Shown piece by piece: positions 22,824-35,400 of a stretch of DNA of 64,000 nt. The notes beneath the pieces are model-generated. The model was given only the letters and a program-made list of their open reading frames with translations. It made no database searches and was not told the DNA's origin. Both the position numbers and the translations under genes were made by a program. This DNA is from Nemertoderma westbladi (Eukaryota > Animalia > Xenacoelomorpha). The stretch covers positions 8,542 through 72,541 of the forward strand of contig JAUCBJ010009152.1 in the NCBI GenBank assembly GCA_032718475.1, written 5' to 3'. Numbering within the stretch: position 1 is the stretch's first letter; each line of letters begins with the position of its first letter.

Positions 22824-25800
22824 TTAAATCCTAGTAGGGGGGATTACTACTCGTTTCGCCGGTCTAACAAGCTTAGTGCTATAGTGCCCGTATGGTTTGC
22901 TGCTATATTTACTACTCCAATATGATTTCGTATCCCAGAGCGTTAGTGCCTTCTTATAGACATGACCAGTAAAAATTTGATGCTTACTAGAAGTGAAGGT
23001 AGAGTTATAGCGGAAGAGCATTGCCTCGTTTACAAAACAGTCTGCATAATCCTCGTGTGTTAGTTGCTTAGCGACAACCGATCTAGATACACCTTTGGCG
23101 GTTTTCTTGATTGGGGCATCATAGGATTGAAAACTGTAGACCTTTGGTTTAAGGAAAACCCACTGTTTATACTGCAAACCGCAGCTCTCATCTTTTATGA
23201 AGCCGAGAGCCGCTTTGTGTTTAATGGTATAGAGTGGATGTGTTGTACTGTAGTTGGAAGTATCTAGGAAACCACCCTCAAACATTGCCCGTAGAAAGGT
23301 TAGCTGTGGTGTATTAGTTACGCTTAGCATTAGAGAATCCGTGTCACCGGCTAGACAGCGAATCTGGCAACCCAGTTTTTGTTCTAGAGGCTTCAGTTTG
23401 TTGTAAAATAGGTCGTACATCTGTAGCTTAGATAGATCTAGTATAGTGCAACCGATGAACACGCCCTGATTTAGGCAAACAGCCTCTTTAGTGAAAGTAT
23501 GACCACTCAAGTTGGGGGTAAATACAACAAACGATTCGTGATTGGGCTTGGCTAAGAGCAAATCGCATTGTTCGTCGCTATTGCATAACCTGAAAGAAAC
23601 GCGGTCTCTAACCTTTTGGAGGCATTTCCCATACAAGGCATTGTTCATCAACTTATAAAATAGGACCTCGAATGGGTTATTTGCCGACTGTCTTTTATTG
23701 GTATTAAAACTAATGTAGTCCTTGAAAATATATTTTTGTGAGAAAGAGTAGACCCTATGTACTTGTGTAAGTTTAAGACCGAGCTTCAAATAGAGTTGAA
23801 GTAGCTTAATATGGATACCGTATTCAACCTTATTAAACTGATGTAGTAGTAGCTTAGTACAGGTATCGTTGTATGGTCTACAGGTGGCCGTATCGGTGAG
23901 ATTGTAATGCTCCCAAAGATCTTCCATGTATTCGCTAAGAAAGGATTTAGGGACTGACATCTTCTCCGCTCCTAGAGGCAGATCGGCGGTCAAATCATGA
24001 ATTTCTTTCGGGTAATGTAGATCAACTATGCAATAATAACCAGTATCCCCACTCGCGTCTACTGTAGCTAGGTCTATGGGGGTAGTTACGAGTTTAATAT
24101 TAGCGTAGGGAAGTTTCTGGCTCAGGGCGCAGCCGTAAAGGTTATTCGCATCGATGGGAATTAGATATTTCTCGGGGAGACTGGAGTCATAGTCGGGTTT
24201 ATCGGGAATATTTGCGTCTACGGAATGTGTATTCAAGAATACTAGACCACCCCTAATATTTGTTTCAAAGTCCGAGTAGATGGAAGCGTCTGATAGTAAT
24301 TGAATTTCTGATTGCGTGAATTTCAGCGCCGCGTCGTAAGTTAATCCAGGGGCAGTGAAGTACATTACGGGCTCGAGTCCATAATTAGTAAGACAGAGGG
24401 ATCGGAACTGCTCGAAAGTATCAGCCAATAGGGTAACATCTAGAACCAAATAGCCAATCATATAGTCAAAGATTGTTGCGCAGTTTAATTCATCCCAAGT
24501 AGTAAGCGCGCGCTGATAGTTTTCTGCGCTACATTGTTCCAATTTGAGATCATTATAGAAGCTTTCTAATGGGGGGAGTGTAGTTTCGTGTAGGTTTGAA
24601 ATATTTTGAATGTAGGAATATGGGAATACACCCTTGTTTTTTATTGTGTTATCGCTAATGTTGGGATAGAGTTGGGTCATTTGAGCTAGTGTATGGGGTA
24701 TGGCTGTTGCTAGGTTACTGTTATTTTTAGTGAGATAACTACTAAGATTATCTAGGCTGGCAGTCATAAACTGATAGGAATCTAGAAAATTAATGGAGAT
24801 ACTTTCTTTAGCGTTGGCTGTTGGTGTACTCGGATCGATTGGGAAGCTAACTTTAAGGTGAATATAAGTTTCGGTGTTTTTTGGTATTACGGTCATTTTC
24901 CAGTGTGTTCTAGAACTATCGGTCATTCCTTCTTTTAGTAGTAAATGCATATCGAATTTCCTCAGGTTATGAAATATAATATAAAAATTATTCCGTTTTA
25001 GGGAAAGTTTCCTGTTGCAGCTGACGCAAGCAGCCCCCCGATACTCCCCGCTATAATGATCGTGATCGCGGACTTTGGTGCTGAGATTGTCATTGAGGTT
25101 TAAATTATGAGAATCGGGGGTTAAATTACAGTTGCAGACGTAGCATTGTGTAGCGTTATTAAAGTCAGTTTGTTGGCTAGTAGTGAGTTGCATGGGGGCG
25201 TGCGTGTTTGTACTAGAAATGGACCAATCGTATAACTCCCTACAATGACTTTCCATAGCGGTTAGAAAGTCGCGCATTACGTGGTTACTGCCATCGTCGC
25301 GGAAAATTTGAACATCTGTTTTAGGAGGGTTAATTAATTTCTGATTTGGTACTGTATAAAAGGCTGCCGCGCTAGCTATATGTTTCTGTGGGAGTTTAAT
25401 ATTGTTTGTAGGTTCTAGAATAGTTTCAATGTCGGCGTATATACAGAAAGGTGGGGATAGAGTCTTATCGTACCTATCAAATTTAACCAAGAGATTTTCG
25501 GGCATATACTCGAGTTGGCGTTTACCCGTATAGCACCGCTCTCGATGTTCTTCCAATGATTTGTCAGTGTAAAAGGCTCTGAGACAGCGTTCGCAGTGCG
25601 TCTTGTTGCCTTTAGAAGTAGCTTTAGTATTTATTAATCTATCTATGTTAGTAATAGCTACGTAGTGGGCGGGGTTTTTGCTTGTGGCTTCGATAAATAA
25701 TAAGTTTAGTACAGTTTTACCGGAACAGTGCGCGCTATCTGGTTGACTTAGGATGGAGAGTTCTTCCGTATTACTCCAATAAAGAAGGTTTATGCAGTAT

Positions 25801-26879
25801 ATAGGGTTGGCTTTCAGAAACTGGGGAATACCAGTTACTCTGTCCACCGGAAAACTTAAATTCGAAAAATCAAACATGTTTAGGAAAGGAGTATAGGTTG
25901 AAATTCTTTTGATATTATTTTGTTTTCTATCAATTTTCTTATAATTTGCGGCGGCCAAAACTGCGTATTTAAAGCATTCCCCCAGCGGGCAGTCTACGCT
26001 TACGGTACATTTTTTATTTAATAATAATTTAGAATTATTGAACCCTTGACCCTTTAAATAGGGGTTGCGTTGGGACCGCACAATCTCAATAGTTATTCGC
26101 TCGATGGCTATTATGCGCCAACCCGAGCCGAGACAGAGAAACACGCTTAACAGTTGATCGATACGATTGACGGCGCCAGAAAACCAGTTATTAAAGTCGC
26201 TATTATTCAGAATTTGATTATTGTTACCGCTAGATTTAAAACAGAATGATTCAATTTGAAATCCCTCGCTGGTTTCACGCTCCATTACGATGTTGATTGT
26301 AAGCCAGACTCTTAAAAAAGTTCCCATGGCACTACGTAAATGGCTACTAACGTGTTCGTGAATGTGTGGAAAATTTTCATTTAATGTTAATTCTGCGTCG
26401 AGTCTTGTTTCTGTGAGGTCGTTGTTATAGGTAAACAGTCGTCCGTGTGCGCTTCCGTTAGAGGGTGGTTGAAATGGATTGTTTGGGGAAATAGAATCTC
26501 GCGAAGTTGAAGGTTCGTTATTGGAGCCGCCGCCGCCGACTTGTTCTGGAGTAGAGTTGATGGGGGATGAGTGTGAGGTAGTCGGAGTTTTGCGTTTCCG
26601 CGAAAAAAGTCGAGTATAGCATTCATGCTCAGTAAAGGAAGATAGGGTGAGCGAATCCCCGCAGCGGCAATCGGCTGGCTCGTTTACGTAACTAAATCCT
26701 GTTCCCCCCTGAGGACACGAAACAAGATGGCCAACCAGCGTCTTCTTTTCCGAAGACCAAGTCGGACAGCAGTCGCATCTATATTGCGCGAAATGAGTTT
26801 TAATATGACGAGATAAATTATCACTCCGCGTCTCTTTGTTGCAGATGGGGCAGCTAACTTTATTGCTAGACATAGGCAT
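22824..26879 (-). CDS. polB: Protein-primed family B DNA polymerase (Polinton/adintovirus type), 1351 aa, intact
   Basis: ExoI YADIE, ExoII FHNLRKFD, KGVFPY, ExoIII YLVLDV, IRGG, motif A DANNLYG, motif B KLMNNALYGK, motif C GDTDS and KVY. It also has an endonuclease VII-like HNH insert (CYVC...RDHDH...GAACVSCN), a TP-like region ending GSGW, vOTU-like CFKYAV...HYV and N-terminal zinc fingers. Confidence 0.96.
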   Translation of the reverse strand: MPMSSNKVSCPICNKETRSDNLSRHIKTHFAQYRCDCCPTWSSEKKTLVGHLVSCPQGGTGFSYVNEPADCRCGDSLTLSSFTEHECYTRLFSRKRKTPTTSHSSPINSTPEQVGGGGSNNEPSTSRDSISPNNPFQPPSNGSAHGRLFTYNNDLTETRLDAELTLNENFPHIHEHVSSHLRSAMGTFLRVWLTINIVMERETSEGFQIESFCFKSSGNNNQILNNSDFNNWFSGAVNRIDQLLSVFLCLGSGWRIIAIERITIEIVRSQRNPYLKGQGFNNSKLLLNKKCTVSVDCPLGECFKYAVLAAANYKKIDRKQNNIKRISTYTPFLNMFDFSNLSFPVDRVTGIPQFLKANPIYCINLLYWSNTEELSILSQPDSAHCSGKTVLNLLFIEATSKNPAHYVAITNIDRLINTKATSKGNKTHCERCLRAFYTDKSLEEHRERCYTGKRQLEYMPENLLVKFDRYDKTLSPPFCIYADIETILEPTNNIKLPQKHIASAAAFYTVPNQKLINPPKTDVQIFRDDGSNHVMRDFLTAMESHCRELYDWSISSTNTHAPMQLTTSQQTDFNNATQCYVCNCNLTPDSHNLNLNDNLSTKVRDHDHYSGEYRGAACVSCNRKLSLKRNNFYIIFHNLRKFDMHLLLKEGMTDSSRTHWKMTVIPKNTETYIHLKVSFPIDPSTPTANAKESISINFLDSYQFMTASLDNLSSYLTKNNSNLATAIPHTLAQMTQLYPNISDNTIKNKGVFPYSYIQNISNLHETTLPPLESFYNDLKLEQCSAENYQRALTTWDELNCATIFDYMIGYLVLDVTLLADTFEQFRSLCLTNYGLEPVMYFTAPGLTYDAALKFTQSEIQLLSDASIYSDFETNIRGGLVFLNTHSVDANIPDKPDYDSSLPEKYLIPIDANNLYGCALSQKLPYANIKLVTTPIDLATVDASGDTGYYCIVDLHYPKEIHDLTADLPLGAEKMSVPKSFLSEYMEDLWEHYNLTDTATCRPYNDTCTKLLLHQFNKVEYGIHIKLLQLYLKLGLKLTQVHRVYSFSQKYIFKDYISFNTNKRQSANNPFEVLFYKLMNNALYGKCLQKVRDRVSFRLCNSDEQCDLLLAKPNHESFVVFTPNLSGHTFTKEAVCLNQGVFIGCTILDLSKLQMYDLFYNKLKPLEQKLGCQIRCLAGDTDSLMLSVTNTPQLTFLRAMFEGGFLDTSNYSTTHPLYTIKHKAALGFIKDESCGLQYKQWVFLKPKVYSFQSYDAPIKKTAKGVSRSVVAKQLTHEDYADCFVNEAMLFRYNSTFTSSKHQIFTGHVYKKALTLWDTKSYWSSKYSSKPYGHYSTKLVRPAKRVVIPPTRI

Positions 26880-27400
26880 CTTGAATCTAGAAAAATAAGT
26901 TGATTATTCATAAAAAAATAAAAAATACTGTATACTTGCTAAAAATAAGGTAAAACAGTAGGTATTAATCGGTTACTAGGCAACAATACTGTGTTTGTAC
27001 AGTTAGGCCTATTGCTGTATTGTAGCATTCAGGCAGTGAAACATAAAGCAGACAGTCAGCAGTGTCTAGTGTAGTAGTGTTAGTGTACCAGCGGTCAGAT
27101 AGTGGCGATAACCAAGACACAATAGCGATGGCAGTTATTATTCGTGGAAAGAGGGTCTATAAACAGCAGTCAGTCAGTGCAGTAGTGCTAGTGAAATAGT
27201 CTGCCAGAAGTCAGACGTACCGGTAGCGTTAACCAATAGAAATCAACGATAGGCTTAGCTAATCGCTGTGTGAGAACTCAGTTAGTCAGTAGGATATATA
27301 ATGAAAACTGCAGTATTCAGTGTTGTTCAGTAGGGTCTATATCGCTACTATGATGGCATTAGGCTAACTCGAATGATCCGGTAGCGCTAGTTGGGTAGAC

Positions 27401-28212
27401 AAGCAGATAGACAGATGTAGGCCTATTGATCGAATGCTTCGATCACGGTTTAGGCTATCGGTACCACCACAGTCTGACAGTAATTAATAATGAGCCTACT
27501 GCAATACTGTTGTACCGGTAGACATTAAATGTAAATTGTTTGCTAGCGGCATCGATAGTACAGTCAGATGGTGGAAGGGAAGGCAGATTTTACTTACGGT
27601 GTTAGTAAATATTCACGGAAAGAAGAAGTTTGGAAGTTTGTTGGCGATGAGGAAGTTGGTTGACGTGGACGACGAGAGAGTTTATTAACCGATAGAACGG
27701 AATGGTATCGGAAATTAGAAATAATGGAATATTACGCGACGAATACGCGGAAAGTTTGTTGTCGACAATGAGCGTTAACGCGGCGAAATTACACTAGAAA
27801 AATAAGTTGATTATTTGTAAAAAGATAAAAAATACAGTAAGCAGATAGGCGGATGTAAGCCTATTGATCGAATGCTTCGATCACGGTTTAGGCTATCGGT
27901 ACCACCGCAGTCTGACAGTAATTAATAATGAGCTTACTGCAATACTGTTGTACCGGTAGACATTAAATGTAAATTGTTTGCTAGCGGCATCGATAGTACC
28001 GTCAGATGGTGTAAGGCAGATTTTACTTACGGTGTTAGTAAATATTCACGGAAAGAAGAAGTTTGGAAGTTTGTTGGCGATGAGGAAGTTGGTTGACGTG
28101 GACGACGAGAGAGTTTATTTACCGATAGAAGGGAATGGTATCGGAAGAATATTACGCGACGGATACACGGAAAGTTTGTTGTCGACGATGAATGATAACG
28201 CGGCGAAATGAC
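27401..28212 (-). repeat. ~390-bp direct repeat pair (27401-27792 and 27839-28212) containing putative non-coding leader exons
   Basis: Near-identical copies. On the minus strand each has a donor ACC|GTAAGT (28030 and 27597). The acceptor AACTTATTTTTCTAG occurs at 27794 and again at 26887, 7 nt before the polB ATG. Confidence 0.75.
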
Positions 28213-28259
28213 AATAATACAACTCTACAAGTGGGTTGTTGATCGATGATAACAAATAA

Positions 28260-28460
28260 ATATTCTTAAATAAATAATATTAAATTCGAAAACAAAATAA
28301 TGGTAAATGATGTTAATCGTAACTTGCAATTGAAATAATGACCTAATATATTAGTGGGGATGTATTAAATAGCAATTCGGTTAGTAGGGGAGGCCCTTGT
28401 CTCTTAAATGAGCCAATCAGAGCGCAGCAGCAGAAATGACGCCCGCTGATTGGCTGTTCG
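28260..28460 (-). promoter_or_regulatory. Putative Pol II promoter of the element (paired CCAAT boxes, AT-rich TATA-like region)
   Basis: AGCCAATCAG (28411-28420) and its exact inverse CTGATTGGCT (28446-28455) flank TGACG. TATTTAAG lies on the minus strand at ~28265-28272, just upstream of the putative leader exon. Confidence 0.5.
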
Positions 28461-29147
28461 CGCAAAAGCGGTTACCAGGGCAACTTCTCGTGTTGATTCT
28501 ATATTAGAAAACTCTTGTAAGCATCTTGACTAATTATGTTGAGTTGGTTGTATAACAGAAGCAGGTCTGGTGCAAAGGAAAGGGATTAGTAGAGAGGAAT
28601 GCGTGATTAGTGGCGCTTCATTGTTATGATAGGGGCTGCCTGGATATAGGAAAGGGACAAAGCGACGCCGGCTATAGTGGGAACAATGGAGGGCCGCTTG
28701 AGCATTAGCCTTGGGCGATATACGGATTTGTTGTAGTCAAGGCCGCCTGGCGCCATTGAATAATGAAGACAAAGGGGCTGCTAACAGACGGGACCGCTCA
28801 TTTATATTTGCCTTGGGGGTATACGTGTAGATTCACTGCCTGTTGTATCTAGTTAATGAATAATGAGGACAGAGGAGGGGCCCCCCGCCGATGAACGCAG
28901 TTGATAGTTGCCAGTAGGGAGCCGTATACCATAGCCATTATAAAGTTAAAAATAGATATTATGTCATAGTGATCTCGTTGGTAATATAAAAACTAATTAA
29001 TCTAAAAATAGAAATCAATGTATAAAGTTTATACAATTAATTAATTTAAAATAAAGTACAAATGAATAATTAATTTAAAATTAAATACAAATAAAATAAA
29101 ATACAAATAATTAATTAAAATTAAATATAAATAAATAGGTATTAATA

Positions 29148-29486
29148 AATAAAAGAGCTGCGGTGTCACTTATGACACCCTCTTGAGCCGGCTCTGTGAC
29201 AGTTAGACATCACTGATGACCCATTGTGTGTCAGGGCGCTAATCAGTCTGATTAATTAGGATAATCAATTAAACCCTAAATGACACCTGTTAGGGTTTAA
29301 TTGTACTAATTAATTGATGACACCTGTCAATTAGGGTCTAATTAGCCTAATTGGGAGGTGTCACCCAGACAGTCTGGCGCCAATGACACCCAATGACACC
29401 CATGGGGTGATAATTGGGTGTCATATGACACCCAATGGGTGTCAGTGAGGTCTAACTGTCACAGAGCCGCCCAAGACCCTACTACT
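29148..29486 (-). repeat. Right terminal inverted repeat (339-bp core)
   Basis: Reverse complement of 20468-20806; ends CCCTACTACT, followed by the TSD TCCATA. Confidence 0.95.
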
Positions 29487-32400
29487 TCCATATAGGAGTA
29501 CTGGTTCTAACTGATGTATGATGGACTCCATATAGGAGTACTGGTTCTAACTTCTGTATGATGGACTCCATATAGGAGTACTGGTTCTAACTTCTGATTG
29601 ATGGACTCCATATAGGAGTACTGGTTCTAACTGCTGTATGATGGACTCCATATAGGAGTACTGGTTCTAACTTCTGTATTGATGGAATCCATATAGGAGT
29701 ACTGGTTCTAACTTCTGATTGATGGACTCCATAAAGGAGTACTGGTTCTAACTTCTGATTGATGGACACAATATAGGAGTACTGGTCCTATATAGGTGTA
29801 CTGATTCTAACTGCTGTATGGTGGACTCCATATAGAAGTACTGGATCTGACTGCTGTATGATGGACTCCATATAGGAGTACTGGTTCTATCTGCTGTATG
29901 ATGGACTCCATATAGGAAGGAGTACTGGTTCTAACTGCTGTATGATGGACTCCATATAGGAGTACTGGTTCTAACTTATGACTGATGGACTGACTCCATA
30001 TAGGAGTACTGGTTCTAACTTCTGATTGATGGACTCCATATAGGAGTACTGGTTCTAACTGATGTATGATGGACTCCATATAGGAGTACTGGTTCTAACT
30101 GCTGTATGATGGAATCCATATAGGAATACTGGTTCCTGGTTCTATCTGCTGATTGATGCTCCATATAGGAGTACTGGTTCTAACTGCTGTATGATGGACT
30201 CCATATAGGAGTACTGGTTCTAACAGCTGTATGATGGACTCCATATAGGAGTACTGGTTCTAACTGCTGTATGATGGACTCCATATAGGAGTACTGGTTC
30301 TAACTGCTGTATGATGGACTCCATATTGGAGTACTGGTTCTAACTTCTGATTCTGATTGATGGACTCCATATAGGAGTACTGGTTCTAACTGCTGTATGA
30401 TGGACTCCATATAGGAGTACTGGTTCTAACTGCTGTATGATGGACTCCATATAGGAGTACTGGTTCTAACTGCTGATTGATGGACTCCATATAGGAGTAC
30501 TGGTTCTAACTGCTGATTGATGGACTCCATAAAGGAGTACTGGTTCTAACTGCTGATTGAGGAGTACTGGTTCTAATTACTGTATGATGGACTCCATAAA
30601 GGAGTACTGGTTCTAACTTCTGATTGATAGACTCCATATAGGAGTACTGGTTCTCACTGCTGATTGATGAACTCCATATAGGAGTACTGATTCTAACTGC
30701 TGTATGATGGACTCCATATAGGAGTACTGGTTCTAACTGCTGTATGATGGACTCCATATAGGAGTACTGGTTCTAACTGCTGCATGATGGACTCCATATA
30801 GAAGTACTGGTTCTAACTGCTGTATGATGGACTCCATATAGGAGTACTGATTCTAACTGCTGTATGATGGACTCCATATATGAGTTCTAACTGCTGTATG
30901 ATGGACTCCATATAGGAGTACTGGTTCTAACTTTTGTATGATGGACTCCATGTAGGAGTACTGATTCTAACTGCTGTATGATGGACTCCATATAGGAGTA
31001 CTGGTTCTAACTTCTGATTGATGGACTCCATATAGGAGTACTGGTTCTAACTTCTGATTGATGGACTCCATATAGGAGTACTGGTTCTAACTGCTGTATG
31101 ATGGACTCCATATAGGAGTACTGGTTCTAACTGCTGTATGATGGACTCCATATAGGAGTACTGGTTCTAACTGCTGTATGATGGAATCCATATAGGAGTA
31201 CTGGTTCCTGGTTCTATCTTCTGATTGATGCTCCATATAGGAGTACTGGTTCTAACTGCTGTATGATGGACTCCATATAGGAGTACTGGTTCTAACTGCT
31301 GTATGATGGACTCCATATTGGAGTACTGGTTCTAACTTCTGATTCTAATTGATGGACTCCATATAGGAGTACTGGTTCTAACTGCTGTATGATGGACTCC
31401 ATATAGGAGTACTGGTTCTAACTGCTGTATGATGGACTCCATATAGGAGTGGACTCCATATAGGAGTACTGGTTCTAACTTCTGATTGATGGACTCCATA
31501 AAGGAGTACTGGTTCTAACTGCTGATTGAGGAGTACTGGTTCTAACTACTGTATGATAGACTCCATAAAGGAGTACTGGTTCTAACTTCTGATTGATGGA
31601 GTACTGGTTCTAACTGCTGATTGATGAACTCCATATAGGAGTACTGATTCTAACTGCTGTATGATGGACTCCATATAGGAGTACTGGTTCTAACTGCTGT
31701 ATGATGGACTCCATATAGGAGTACTGATTCTAACTGCTGTTTGATGGACTCCATATAGGAGTACTGGTTCTAACTGCTGTATGATGGACTCCATATAGGA
31801 GTACTGGTTCTAACTGCTGTATGATGGACTCCATATAGGAGTACTGGTTCTAACTTCTGATTGATGGACTCCATAAAGGAGTACTAGTTCTAACTTCTGA
31901 TTGATGGACTCCATATAGGAGTACTGGTTCTAACTGCTGTATGATGGACTCCATATAGGAGTACTGGTTCTAACTTCTGATTGATGGAATCCATATAGGA
32001 GTACTGGTTCTAACTTATGATTGATGGATTCCATAAAGGAGTACTGGTTCTAACTTCTGATTGATGGACTCCATATAGGAGTACTGGTCCTATATAGGTG
32101 TACTGATTCTAACTGCTGTATGATGGTCTCCATATAGAAGTACTGGTTCTGACTGCTGTATGATGGACTCCATATTGGAGTACTGGTTCTATCTGCTGTA
32201 TGATGGACTCCATATAGGAAGGAGTACTGGTTCTAACTGCTGTATGATGGACTCCATATAGGAGTACTGGTTCTAACTTATGATTGATGGACTGACTCCA
32301 TATAGGAGTACTGGTTCTAACTTCTGATTGATAGACTCCATATAGGAGTACTGGTTCTAACTGCTGTATGATGGACTCCATATAGGAGTACTGGTTCTAA

Positions 32401-35400
32401 CTGCTGTATGATGGAATCCATATAGGAATACTGGTTCCTGGTTCTATCTGCTGATTGATGCTCCATATAGGAGTACTGGTTCTAACTGCTGTATGATGGA
32501 CTCCATATAGGAGTACTGGTTCTAACAGCTGTATGATGGACTCCATATAGGAGTACTGGTTCTAACTTCTGATTGATGGACTCCATAAAGGAGTACTAGT
32601 TCTAACTTCTGATTGATGGACTCCATATAGGAGTACTGGTTCTAACTGCTGTATGATGGACTCCATATAGGAGTACTGGTTCTAACTTCTGATTGATGGA
32701 ATCCATATAGGAGTACTGGTTCTAACTTATGATTGATGGATTCCATAAAGGAGTACTGGTTCTAACTTCTGATTGATGGACTCCATATAGGAGTACTGGT
32801 CCTATATAGGTGTACTGATTCTAACTGCTGTATGATGGTCTCCATATAGAAGTACTGGTTCTGACTGCTGTATGATGGACTCCATATTGGAGTACTGGTT
32901 CTATCTGCTGTATGATGGACTCCATATAGGAAGGAGTACTGGTTCTAACTGCTGTATGATGGACTCCATATAGGAGTACTGGTTCTAACTTATGATTGAT
33001 GGACTGACTCCATATAGGAGTACTGGTTCTAACTTCTGATTGATAGACTCCATATAGGAGTACTGGTTCTAACTGCTGTATGATGGACTCCATATAGGAG
33101 TACTGGTTCTAACTGCAGTATGATGGAATCCATATAGGAATACTGGTTCCTGGTTCTATCTGCTGATTGATGCTCCATATAGGAGTACTGGTTCTAACTG
33201 CTGTATGATGGACTCCATATAGGAGTACTGGTTCTAACAGCTGTATGATGGACTCCATATAGGAGTACTGGTTCTAACAGCTGTATGATGGACTCCATAT
33301 AGGAGTACTGGTTCTAACAGCTGTATGATGGACTCCATATAGGAGTAGTGATTATAACTGTTGTGGACTCCATATAGGAGTACTGGTTCTAACTTCTGAT
33401 CGATGGACTCCATATAGGAGTACTGGTTCTAACTGCTGTATGATGGACTCCATATAGGAGTACTGGTTCTAACTGCTGTATGATGGACTCCATATAGGAG
33501 TACTGGTTCTAACTTCTGATCGATGGACTCCATATAGGAGTACTGGTTCTAACTGCTGTATAATGGACTCCATATAGGAGTACTGGTTCTAACTGCTGTA
33601 TGATGGACTCCATATAGGAGTACTGGTTCTAACTTCTGATCGATGGACTCCATATAGGAGTACTGGTTCTAACTGCCGTATGATGGACTCCATATAGGAG
33701 TACTGGTTCTAACTTCTGATTAATGGACTCCATATAGGAGTACTGGTTCTAACTGATGTATGATGGACTCCATATAGGAGTACTGGTTCTAACTTCTGTA
33801 TGATGGACTCCATATAGGAGTACTGGTTCTAACTTCTGATTGATGGACTCCATATAGGAGTACTGGTTCTAACTGCCGTATGATGGACTCCATATAGGAG
33901 TACTGGTTCTAACTTCTGATTGATGGACTCCATATAGGAGTACTGGTTCTAACTGATGTATGATGGACTCCATATAGGAGTACTGGTTCTAACTTCTGTA
34001 TGATGGACTCCATATAGGAGTACTGGTTCTAACTTCTGATTGATGGACTCCATATAGGAGTACTGATTCTAACTGCTGTATGGTGGACTCCATATAGGAG
34101 TATTGATTCTAACTGCTGTGGACTCCATATAGGAGTACTGGTTCTAACTTCTGATCGATGGACTCCATATAGGAGTACTGGTTCTAACTGCTGTATGATG
34201 GACTCCATATAGGAGTACTGGTTCTAACTGCTGTATGATGGACTCCATATAGGAGTACTGGTTCTAACTGCTGTATGATGGACTCCATATAGGAGTACTG
34301 GTTCTAACTTCTGATCGATGGACTCCATATAGGAGTACTGGTTCTAACTTCTGATTGATGGACTCCATATAGGAGTACTGGTTCTAACTGCTGTATGATG
34401 GACTCCATATAGGAGTTCTAACTGCTGTATGATGGACTCCATATAGGAGTACTGGTTCTAACTTTTGTATGATGGACTCCATATAGGAGTACTGATTCTA
34501 ACTGCTGTATGGGGGACTCCATATAGGAGTATTGATTCTAACTGCTGTGGACTCCATATAGGAGTACTGGTTCTAACTTCTGATCGATGGACTCCATATA
34601 GGAGTACTGGTTCTAACTTCTGATCGATGGACTCCATATAGGAGTACTGGTTCTAACTGCTGTATGATGGACTCCATATAGGAGTACTGGTTCTAACTGC
34701 TGTATGATGGACTCCATATAGGAGTACTGGTTCTAACTTCTGATCGATGGACTCCATATAGGAGTACTGGTTCTAACTGCTGTATAATGGACTCCATATA
34801 GGAGTACTGGTTCTAACTGCTGTATGATGGACTCCATATAGGAGTACTGGTTCTAACTTCTGATCGATGGACTCCATATAGGAGTACTGGTTCTAACTGC
34901 CGTATGATGGACTCCATATAGGAGTACTGGTTCTAACTTCTGATTGATGGACTCCATATAGGAGTACTGGTTCTAACTGATGTATGATGGACTCCATATA
35001 GGAGTACTGGTTCTAACTTCTGTATGATGGACTCCATATAGGAGTACTGGTTCTAACTTTTGTATGATGGACTCCATATAGGAGTACTGATTCTAACTGC
35101 TGTATGGTGGACTCCATATAGGAGTATTGATTCTAACTGCTGTGGACTCCATATAGGAGTACTGGTTCTAACTTCTGATCGATGGACTCCATATAGGAGT
35201 ACTGGTTCTAACTGCTGTATGATGGACTCCATATAGGAGTACTGGTTCTAACTGCTGTATGATGGACTCCATATAGGAGTGCTGGTTCTAACTGCTGTAT
35301 GATGGACTCCATATAGGAGTACTGGTTCTAACTTCTGATCGATGGACTCAATATAGGAGTACTGGTTCTAACTTCTGATTGATGGACTCCATATAGGAGT

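Larger units (their letters stand above)
20468..29486 (-). mobile_element. Polinton/Maverick-like element, 9019 bp, reduced gene set (pPolB + TBP-like only)
   Basis: Termini AGTAGTAGGG...CCCTACTACT, long TIRs, 6-bp TSD TCCATA (20462-20467 and 29487-29492) and a protein-primed PolB gene. All are established Polinton hallmarks. Confidence 0.93.

Noticed and set aside
23064-28211. Small ORFs 23064-23267, 26387-26626, 26684-26911 and 27978-28211
   Set aside because: They are shadow or alternate frames of polB or of the leader repeat, with no motifs. The last one is disrupted in the duplicate copy.
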